Source of the DNA: FCB group bacterium
Lineage (GTDB): Bacteria; Zixibacteria; MSB-5A5; GN15; JAAZOE01
Direction: 5' to 3'
NCBI GenBank assembly: GCA_024231695.1
Contig: JAAEQF010000118.1
Location: 1,086-65,085 of the forward strand
DNA length: 64,000 bases
The notes beneath the pieces are model-generated. The model saw only the letters and a program-made list of their open reading frames with translations, did no database searches and was not told the origin of the DNA. Numbering within the stretch: position 1 is the stretch's first letter; each line of letters begins with the position of its first letter. Positions 57,002-64,000 of the stretch are shown in pieces. A program made the position numbers and the translations under genes.

Positions 57002-58806
57002 CGGCCCTCCCCGGCCAACGGCAGCCGGTCACCAATCAGGTTATGTTTTTCCAGATAGGTCTTGATAATTTTGCGCACCGCCGGAGCGGCCCAATCCGAG
57101 CCATGCCCGGCATTCTCCATAATCACACAGGCAACAATCTCCGGATTATCGGCGGGAGCAAAGCCGACGAAAAGTGAATGTTCCAAACCGTGCGGATTTT
57201 GCGCAGTACCGGTTTTGCCGGCCATCAGCACGCCGTCGATTTTTGATCCCCGCGCCGTGCCCTGCTCGCCATGCATAACCGCAACCAGCCCTTCCTTTAG
57301 GATTTGAAGGGTCGCTTCAGAAAAAGGCAGGCTAAACGCCAACTCACCACCCTTGGAGGTTTCTCGACCGTCGGGACCGACAATCGATTTCAACAGGTGC
57401 GGCTTGAAGACCTGACCATGATTAGCCAGTCCACAGTAGAACTGTGTCAGTTGAAGTGGCGTGGACAGCACTTCTCCCTGCCCTATGCCGAGATTTAAAA
57501 GTACTGCCAGAGTCCATTGGCGGAGACCGATATGGCGATCATACCAGTCCTTGTCGGGCACGTTCCCCAAAGCCTCCTGCGGCAAATCAACTCCTGTTTT
57601 ATGTCCGAAACCACAGGCGGTGGAAAAACGGTGATAATCGGCCAGGCCCATTTTATACGCCAGTTGGTAAAAATAGACGTCACAGGACCTCTCGATCGAC
57701 GGTATCAGAGGCAGGCGACCGTGTCCCCCCAAATCCCAGCAGTGAAATGCCCGGATGCCGAATTGATAAGCTCCGGTACACCCGGAAAACATAGTGTGTC
57801 GGTCGATCAATCCCAGTTCCAATCCTGCTCCCGCCACCAGAAGTTTATAAGTTGATGCAGGCGGATACTGGCCGTCGAGGGGACGGTTGAGCAAGGGGTT
57901 GTTGGTATCGGCCAAAATGGATCGCCACAGGCTGTCGGGTATTACACCTGAGAATATGTTGGCATCATTGGCTGGTGACGAGGCCATGGCCAGAATTTCC
58001 CCGTTGCGGGGATCCATGACCACTGCCGCGCCACAGAAATCGCCGAGCGCTTCGGTGGCGACTTTCTGAATATCCCGATCAATGGTCAGAATCAGATCAC
58101 TGCCTGTTTCGGCGGCTACGCCCGGCTGATCGGCCAATACGCCCAACAGCTGACCCGAGGCGGCGATTTCGATATACTCGGTACCCTCCAGTCCGCGCAG
58201 TTCCCGGTCGTAAAATTTCTCAATACCCGATTTGCCGATCATGGTTCCGGCCCGGTAAATTGAGATATCCAATTTTTTCATTTCCTCAGATGATATCTCG
58301 CCCACATAACCGGTAAAACACTCGCCCCCCAACTCCTCGGTATATTTGCGCACTTCATCCTTACTGTACACGGCTCCGGGATAAAGCTCGTTCTGCTCTT
58401 CCAAAACGGCGACTTTATCGAAACCGACATCCCGCTTAATCACCGCCGGTTGAAAGCGACCGGTCAGATTTCGGCGAATACGGCGATTAAGGCTTTCTTC
58501 ACTTATTTCCAATAGGGCCGACAATCGCTCCAGAGTCGGCGTCCGAGAGACTTCGGCCGGAACCACGGCCAATGAATAGGCGGCCCGGTTGTCAATCAAC
58601 AACCGTCCTTCGCGATCAAAGACAAGTCCTCTTTTGGGAACAACCGGTTGGATGCGAATGCGATTGTTTTCAGACTGGGTATAGAGGTTTTGATGACGAA
58701 ACGTCTGCAGATAAAACATGCGCCCCAATAGTAGAGCCAGAAAAAGAGAGCAAAAAATGCTTCCGATAAGAAATCTTTGCGGCAGACTTAGACGACGACT
58801 TGACAT
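56998..58806 (-). CDS. mrdA: Penicillin-binding protein 2
   Basis: SxxK (ASTYK) and KTGTA motifs, an N-terminal anchor, and its position between mreD and rodA. Confidence 0.9.
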   Translation of the reverse strand: MSSRRLSLPQRFLIGSIFCSLFLALLLGRMFYLQTFRHQNLYTQSENNRIRIQPVVPKRGLVFDREGRLLIDNRAAYSLAVVPAEVSRTPTLERLSALLEISEESLNRRIRRNLTGRFQPAVIKRDVGFDKVAVLEEQNELYPGAVYSKDEVRKYTEELGGECFTGYVGEISSEEMKKLDISIYRAGTMIGKSGIEKFYDRELRGLEGTEYIEIAASGQLLGVLADQPGVAAETGSDLILTIDRDIQKVATEALGDFCGAAVVMDPRNGEILAMASSPANDANIFSGVIPDSLWRSILADTNNPLLNRPLDGQYPPASTYKLLVAGAGLELGLIDRHTMFSGCTGAYQFGIRAFHCWDLGGHGRLPLIPSIERSCDVYFYQLAYKMGLADYHRFSTACGFGHKTGVDLPQEALGNVPDKDWYDRHIGLRQWTLAVLLNLGIGQGEVLSTPLQLTQFYCGLANHGQVFKPHLLKSIVGPDGRETSKGGELAFSLPFSEATLQILKEGLVAVMHGEQGTARGSKIDGVLMAGKTGTAQNPHGLEHSLFVGFAPADNPEIVACVIMENAGHGSDWAAPAVRKIIKTYLEKHNLIGDRLPLAGEGR

Positions 58807-58808
58807 AA

Positions 58809-59306
58809 TTAGAAAATCGACTTGAGTTTTTGATAGGATAGTCGTCCCGACTGAAACATGAAAAACAACCAGGCGACAAAACTGCTATAGATTATGCTCA
58901 GCAGAGCGCTTTGACCCATGGAGCGAATAAACTCGCCCGCTCCGGTACTGACGTAAATTACCGTGTATGGTACGGAATAAACAAACAATCCACCGATCAC
59001 CAGAAAGACCAGGCTTTTCATAGAGTCAAGATTGAAGCGCTGTTTCAGGATCGACGTGGCCAGGCCTATCATCGCCAAAAGCAGCATATGCACGCCCAGG
59101 TATTCGGGATTAGGCGCGTCATAGATCAGCCCGGCAGCGAAACCGAACCATAGCGAAGTCAGATCATCCTTGTTGAGAGCCACCAGGATGACCAATAAAG
59201 CCGTCAGATAAATCCGGGCGGGACCGATTGAAAAAAGTTCCATCAGGTTAGTACGGTAAAAGGTGATTAACAGCAAATAGAGAGCATAAGGGATAAAGCG
59301 CATCAT
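58809..59306 (-). CDS. mreD: Rod shape-determining protein MreD
   Basis: 165-aa polytopic membrane protein between mreC and mrdA. Confidence 0.75.
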   Translation of the reverse strand: MMRFIPYALYLLLITFYRTNLMELFSIGPARIYLTALLVILVALNKDDLTSLWFGFAAGLIYDAPNPEYLGVHMLLLAMIGLATSILKQRFNLDSMKSLVFLVIGGLFVYSVPYTVIYVSTGAGEFIRSMGQSALLSIIYSSFVAWLFFMFQSGRLSYQKLKSIF

Positions 59307-60094
59307 TCCCCTTTCACCAGCACATACAGTTCGTCCAGACCGTTAAAATTGACGGCCGGAGAAATGGAAATGGAATAGAAGAATTCGCGTTCCGGAAGAT
59401 CCACGCTTTTAACTTCGCCAATGATCAATCCTTCGGGAAAAATCCCTCCCAGACCGGAAGTGATAATTGTGTCGCCGACAACGACGTCCTCCAGACGGGG
59501 GAGGTTGTCGAGGATCATGCCCAAATTCATATTGTAACGGATTATTCCCTGTTCGCGACTGCGTTTGACTCTGGCCGCCACCCGACAACGCGGTTCGGTC
59601 AGCAAGTAGACGACGCTGTAGTCGGGCATAACCTGGGCCACCCGACCGGCCAGACCGTTGCGATTAACGACTGTCTGATTAACGCGGATAGAATCACGTT
59701 CACCCATATTTATCAAAACCGTGCTGGGCATTCCCGAACCGTGGACGCCGATGATCTCGGTCGGTACGATCAAAAATTCGGAAGGTGGAATAAAGCCTAA
59801 AAGAGACCTCAGCCGGCGGTTCTCTTCCAGCGTTTCAAAGTAGAACTGCAACCGGCTCGATGTTTCCACCAGATTGGCTCTTAAAATAGCATTCTCCTCG
59901 GCCGTATGAGAAACGGTGGAGAGCGTACTTTTCAATTTGTGAAAGGGGTAATAAAAAACGGTTGTCGTTAGATTACCCACCAACCCGGAAACCGGCCGGC
60001 CGGCGATCAGAAAGACAAACGAGATCACCAAAACCAGAACGGTATGCAGCAGTATCCTTCTCTCTCCCGAGAACCAGGAAGATCGCCATTCCAT
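59303..60094 (-). CDS. mreC: Rod shape-determining protein MreC
   Basis: N-terminal anchor, coiled region with ENRRLRSLL, and beta-barrel repeats (..VVNRNGLAGRV.., TSGLGGIFPEGLIIGEV). Confidence 0.85.
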   Translation of the reverse strand: MEWRSSWFSGERRILLHTVLVLVISFVFLIAGRPVSGLVGNLTTTVFYYPFHKLKSTLSTVSHTAEENAILRANLVETSSRLQFYFETLEENRRLRSLLGFIPPSEFLIVPTEIIGVHGSGMPSTVLINMGERDSIRVNQTVVNRNGLAGRVAQVMPDYSVVYLLTEPRCRVAARVKRSREQGIIRYNMNLGMILDNLPRLEDVVVGDTIITSGLGGIFPEGLIIGEVKSVDLPEREFFYSISISPAVNFNGLDELYVLVKGE

Positions 60095-60123
60095 TGGCAG
60101 TTTCCTCTGTTATGACGAGATGA

Positions 60124-60576
60124 TTATTCGACCGAATCCAATATGGAAAGCAGTTCTCCGGGAGAACTGACCGTCAACAGGCTTTCGCGATTCTCCGCAG
60201 ATTTCATAATGTACGACAGCCGGGCCATCACGTTTAGATGGGCGCCGATTGCATCTTCTGGTGCGGCGATCATGAAGAAGACATGTACCGGTTTTTTATC
60301 CATGGCATCGAAATCCAAACCTGCTTCACTTCGTCCAAAGGCAATAACAATGCCCTTGGTCGCCTTGGTCTTGGCATGCGGGAAAGCTACCCCGTAGCCG
60401 ATACCAGTCGTGACCATGTCTTCGCGATGAATAATATCCTGCAGAAGTTCATCACGATTTTTAACCAGCGGCGATGCGGCCGCCAGATTAACCAATTCCT
60501 CAATCACGTCCGCTTTACTCGTGGCCTTGAGATCAAACTTGATAAGACTCTCGTCACAAAACTTTGATAGTTTCAT
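60124..60576 (-). CDS. ptsN: PTS EIIA type-2 (nitrogen-regulatory PtsN-like) protein
   Basis: Start after GGAGAG. GIGYGVAFPHAK (phospho-His context). Confidence 0.8.
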   Translation of the reverse strand: MKLSKFCDESLIKFDLKATSKADVIEELVNLAAASPLVKNRDELLQDIIHREDMVTTGIGYGVAFPHAKTKATKGIVIAFGRSEAGLDFDAMDKKPVHVFFMIAAPEDAIGAHLNVMARLSYIMKSAENRESLLTVSSPGELLSILDSVE

Positions 60577-60672
60577 GTGCTCTCCAAAATATCTATAAAT
60601 GGTGACCGGGAACAATGCGGAAATTCTTTCCGTTGTCGCCCGAGTACCCGGTTAACTACACCAAGACTTCGC

Positions 60673-61632
60673 TTATTGTTCAAATACCCCCATGCGGCGA
60701 TACTTTGCGATTCTCTGCATGATCAATTCATCCGGTGACAACCGGTCGAGTTCGCCCAGTGCCTTCACTACCGTTTCTTTCAGATTGGCCGCCGCGACAT
60801 TCATATCGCGATGGGCCCCGCCCTCTGGCTCGGGAATGATGCCGTCGATCAAATCCAATTTTTCCACGTCCGTTGCCATCAATTTCAACGCTTCGGCCGC
60901 CTCGGGCGCCTTGGCCGCGTCGCGCCACAGAATGGCCGCACAACCCTCAGGTGAAATCACCGAATACCAGGAATTTTCCATCATGTAAACCCGATCGCCA
61001 AGTCCTATCCCTAAGGCTCCCCCGGAGGCGCCTTCACCGATAATTGTAATCACGATGGGTACTTCCAACATGGACATTTCGCGCAGGTTGTGGGCGATCG
61101 ATTCGGCTTGTCCCCGCTCTTCGGCGCCTATTCCCGGAAAAGCTCCGATCGTATCAATAAAGATAACGATGGCACGATTAAACTTGGCCGCCATTCGCAT
61201 CAAACGTAAAGCCTTGCGGTACCCTTCCGGATTGGCCATGCCGAAATTCCGAAACAAATTGCTTTTAGTGTCCCTACCCTTTTGCTGTCCAATAACCATG
61301 ATCGGCCGGCCGTCAAGGCGGGCAAAACCGCCGACCATTGCTTTGTCGTCGGCGAAATAACGGTCCCCGTGAAGTTCCACGAAATCGGTGGTCAGTAATT
61401 TAATATAGTCCAGCGTGTACGGCCTTTTGGGATGGCGCGCCAGTTGTACTTTCTGCCAGCGGGTCAGATTGGAGAAAATATTATCCTGCAACTTCTTGAG
61501 CTTGTTCTGCAGAGATTGTATTTCTCCATCAAGCTCAATATTCTCGACCCGACTGAACTCTTCCATGTCGGAAATCTTTTTTTCAAGTTCCAGAATCGGC
61601 TTTTCAAATTCCAGGTACGGCCCCTCAATCAT
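60673..61632 (-). CDS. accA: Acetyl-CoA carboxylase carboxyltransferase alpha subunit
   Basis: [34 protein letters not shown] and [10 protein letters not shown]. Confidence 0.95.
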   Translation of the reverse strand: MIEGPYLEFEKPILELEKKISDMEEFSRVENIELDGEIQSLQNKLKKLQDNIFSNLTRWQKVQLARHPKRPYTLDYIKLLTTDFVELHGDRYFADDKAMVGGFARLDGRPIMVIGQQKGRDTKSNLFRNFGMANPEGYRKALRLMRMAAKFNRAIVIFIDTIGAFPGIGAEERGQAESIAHNLREMSMLEVPIVITIIGEGASGGALGIGLGDRVYMMENSWYSVISPEGCAAILWRDAAKAPEAAEALKLMATDVEKLDLIDGIIPEPEGGAHRDMNVAAANLKETVVKALGELDRLSPDELIMQRIAKYRRMGVFEQ

Positions 61633-62693
61633 CGATACAACTCTTTCCCATTCTTTTCGGCTTTAGCGAGCCTAAATCTAAACAATATCCCGAAAATTAC
61701 AACCATAAAAACGACCAAAATGGTGAACACAGCCCGCTTATCAAATATAAACATCGCCCCCGAAAATACAGCAAATATGGCCGACAAAAGATAGAACAAC
61801 CAAACCACCTGCGATTTCGACAGGCCGGAAGTGGCCAGAAAATGAAACAGGTGCCGATTGTCCGCCACATAAAATTTCTTCCCGGTTACCGTCCTTCGGA
61901 CAAATGATACTACCGTTTCGATGATCGGCACCCCCAGAGCCACCAACGGTACAAATACGGCCGCCGTCGTGTAGGATTTGAGGGGAAATAAAATCGATAT
62001 AACGGCAAAAAGATAACCCAGAAAAAGCGAACCGCTGTCGCCCAGGAAAACTCGGGCCGGATAATGATTGAAATAGAGAAAAACCAGACAGGTTCCGATT
62101 ATTGCCGCGGTGAAAACCATAACTGTACTCAGGTGAAAAAAGATGCCGACAAAAAGCAGGGCCAAAGCGGCGATAGCCGAAACCCCGGCGGCCAGGCCAT
62201 CCAGACCATCAATCAAGTTAATGCTATTGATCAAGCCTACCAGCCAGATCAAAGTAATCGGCAAAGACAAATATCCAAGCTCCACCGGTCCGTATAGCGG
62301 AATAAACAGTATTGTGATTCCCAGCCCGCCGTAATACAGAATCAACCCAACAATAATCTGGGCCATCAGTTTAACCAGCGCGGAAATTTCGGCCAGGTCG
62401 TCAATCAGCCCGGTCAGAAAAACGATGACGCCGCCGGCAATGACAAAATAGAGAAACGGATCGAGCTCCAAAGCAATTTCCGGATATAATTGATAGGATA
62501 GGGCCACCGCCGCCCAAAAGCCGGAAAAGATGCAAATCCCGCCGAGATTAGGAGTTGGAAATCGATGTCTCTTATGTTCGCCGGGCATATCCAAAATTCC
62601 AGCCCGGAAACAGAGACGGCAGACCATAGGAATCATCACCCCGGTGACGATACCGCCGATGGCGAATATTTTTAGTAAATCAATCCAGCTCAC
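61629..62693 (-). CDS. MraY/WecA-family polyprenyl-phosphate sugar-1-phosphate transferase (GT4)
   Basis: About 10 TM segments, with [18 protein letters not shown] and FLGDSGS motifs. Confidence 0.85.
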   Translation of the reverse strand: MSWIDLLKIFAIGGIVTGVMIPMVCRLCFRAGILDMPGEHKRHRFPTPNLGGICIFSGFWAAVALSYQLYPEIALELDPFLYFVIAGGVIVFLTGLIDDLAEISALVKLMAQIIVGLILYYGGLGITILFIPLYGPVELGYLSLPITLIWLVGLINSINLIDGLDGLAAGVSAIAALALLFVGIFFHLSTVMVFTAAIIGTCLVFLYFNHYPARVFLGDSGSLFLGYLFAVISILFPLKSYTTAAVFVPLVALGVPIIETVVSFVRRTVTGKKFYVADNRHLFHFLATSGLSKSQVVWLFYLLSAIFAVFSGAMFIFDKRAVFTILVVFMVVIFGILFRFRLAKAEKNGKELYR

Positions 62694-63550
62694 GACTTGA
62701 AAGTAAACAATTCATAAGTTAAAGACAAGAAACAGTTGACGCCCAAAAGCGGCCCCAGAAGACTCAAAACAGCAATTGATGAATGATGTTTGACGAAATA
62801 CCGCCAAACTGAACGGTGATGCCAGATGATTCGCCGGAATCGATAGCGGCCGGTGGAATGCCCCCATAAATGGATGCCTCCGGCCTCCGGCACGTAAATC
62901 GTCAATCGCCCCAGTACGCCCATCCGGCGGCAAAGATCGGTATCTTCCATATAAAGGAAAAACGATTCATCAAAGCCGCCCACCTGCTCGAAATCAGCTT
63001 TGGCCATCATCATCATGGCTGCAGCAGCCGCTTCGACTATTGTTGACTCCTCATAATCGGGCAGAGTATACTCGCGCCTTGTTTTTCCGCCGAGATGGGA
63101 CAGAAACGAACCGCGCGAAAAGAACAGATTTTTAAGCGACGGAAAACGCCGGCAGGACGGCTGAAACATGCCGTCGCCGTCGGTGAGACGACCGGATACT
63201 ATCCCGACCTTCGGGTTATTTTGCATTGCTTCAAACAGACGGGCAATTGCCTCTTCACTCACTTGCACGTCGGGATTGAGAAAGAGCAGAAAATCACCGC
63301 TGGAGTTTGTCGCTCCCAGATTACAGGCCGCTCCGAAACCGAGGCGACCTGAGGAGATGCGCTTTACCGGAATATTGACCTCGGCCAGATCGGTCCCGGT
63401 CGTGGGACCGGCCGGATTGTCCACAATGATAATTTCTAATGAAAATGAGTGTCGGCTTGAGACGATTGCCCGAAGGCAGTCCCCCAGGACATCTTCACTG
63501 TGATGGTTGACGATGATAATTGAAAGTTGGGCTGTGTCGTTCACAATCAA
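62690..63550 (-). CDS. Glycosyltransferase family 2
   Basis: LSIIIVNHHSEDVL... and FLNPDV (DxD-like) motif. Confidence 0.8.
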   Translation of the reverse strand: MIVNDTAQLSIIIVNHHSEDVLGDCLRAIVSSRHSFSLEIIIVDNPAGPTTGTDLAEVNIPVKRISSGRLGFGAACNLGATNSSGDFLLFLNPDVQVSEEAIARLFEAMQNNPKVGIVSGRLTDGDGMFQPSCRRFPSLKNLFFSRGSFLSHLGGKTRREYTLPDYEESTIVEAAAAAMMMMAKADFEQVGGFDESFFLYMEDTDLCRRMGVLGRLTIYVPEAGGIHLWGHSTGRYRFRRIIWHHRSVWRYFVKHHSSIAVLSLLGPLLGVNCFLSLTYELFTFKS

Positions 63551-63562
63551 GTCGGCGGAATT

Positions 63563-64000
63563 TTAAAGTTTTCCAGTCATGGCCGCCCAGCGCAGCCACC
63601 AGACCATCCACACCGCCTCGCGAGCAATCGCCTTGGACATCTTGGAGTCGCCCAGCTGACGGTCGGAAAAGACAATGGGAATTTCCTTGATCCGGAATTT
63701 GCGCACCCAGGCCCGCATGCTCATTTCGATCTGAAAGGTATAACCGTTTGATCTGACCGCATCGAGATCAATGGCTTCCAGAACTTCCCGGCGAAAGCAT
63801 TTGAACCCCCCGGTAGCATCGTTGACCGGTATCCAGGTTATCATTCGCGCATAGATATTGCCGAAACGGGACAAGAAGCGCCGATCCCAGGGCCAGTCCA
63901 CCACTCCCCCGCCCGGGATATAGCGAGACCCTAAAACCAGATCATGATCCTTGATCGCTTCCAGAAATCCGGGAATATAGTTGGGATCATGCGAAAAATC
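63563..64000 (-). CDS. Polyprenol-phosphate mannose synthase-like GT2, partial (N-terminus beyond the window)
   Basis: I translated 63905-64000 by hand. The frame stays open: ..DFSHDPNYIPGFLEAIKDHDLVLGSRYIPGGGVVDWPWDRRFLSRFGNIYAR.., typical of Dpm1/Ppm1-like enzymes. Confidence 0.8.
   Translation of the reverse strand, partial: DFSHDPNYIPGFLEAIKDHDLVLGSRYIPGGGVVDWPWDRRFLSRFGNIYARMITWIPVNDATGGFKCFRREVLEAIDLDAVRSNGYTFQIEMSMRAWVRKFRIKEIPIVFSDRQLGDSKMSKAIAREAVWMVWWLRWAAMTGKL

Noticed and set aside
1-64000. Looked for CRISPR arrays, rRNA, IS elements or transposases, integrases, toxin-antitoxin pairs and recognisable phage-defence genes.
   Set aside because: No spaced short repeats, no long non-coding tracts, and no transposase, integrase or nuclease/helicase-type defence signatures were recognised in any frame.

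Overview
Gene-dense bacterial chromosomal window with about 60 protein genes (mostly on the minus strand) and 3 tRNAs. I recognised no rRNA, CRISPR array, IS element, integrase or prophage. All functional names come from motifs read in the supplied translations and from memory of protein families; no searches were run.

Housekeeping blocks:
- apt-acyP-LOG-like, tRNA-Pro(CGG), surE, a GT2 gene, tRNA-Pro(GGG), MerR-gpsA-plsY.
- gap-pgk-tpiA-secG-tRNA-Leu(GAG), then pfk.
- accA-ptsN-mreC-mreD-mrdA-rodA.
- Several ABC transporters and cell-envelope glycosyltransferases.

Most interesting observations:
1. Two exported proteins (6096..6935 and 25267..26085) are each interrupted by a single in-frame TGA. 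Both sit in the same context, GGC-TGA-GGC-TGT (G-U-G-C), and both have a hairpin at the same downstream spacing. In the DUF1573-like protein the TGA falls where a Cys-containing paralogue in this window (5173..5892) has the first Cys of its CxC motif. These are candidate undescribed selenoproteins.
2. A nine-gene operon (36259..29333, minus strand) joins a four-subunit 2-oxoacid:ferredoxin oxidoreductase to a NuoE/NuoF (HydC/HydB-type) flavin/FeS module. It also carries a truncated HydA/NuoG-like FeS subunit with no catalytic domain and a CooF-like polyferredoxin. This suggests an NAD(P)H-coupled, possibly bifurcating, 2-oxoacid oxidoreductase. A stand-alone citryl-CoA-lyase-like gene lies next to it.
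3. An octaheme HAO-like cytochrome c has an FNR-type palindrome upstream.
4. A lower-GC plus-strand island contains a gene bracketed by a 36-nt direct repeat.

Taxonomy cannot be assigned from the sequence alone. Exported DUF1573, dockerin-like and Ig-like proteins suggest an uncultivated environmental lineage, but that is a guess.
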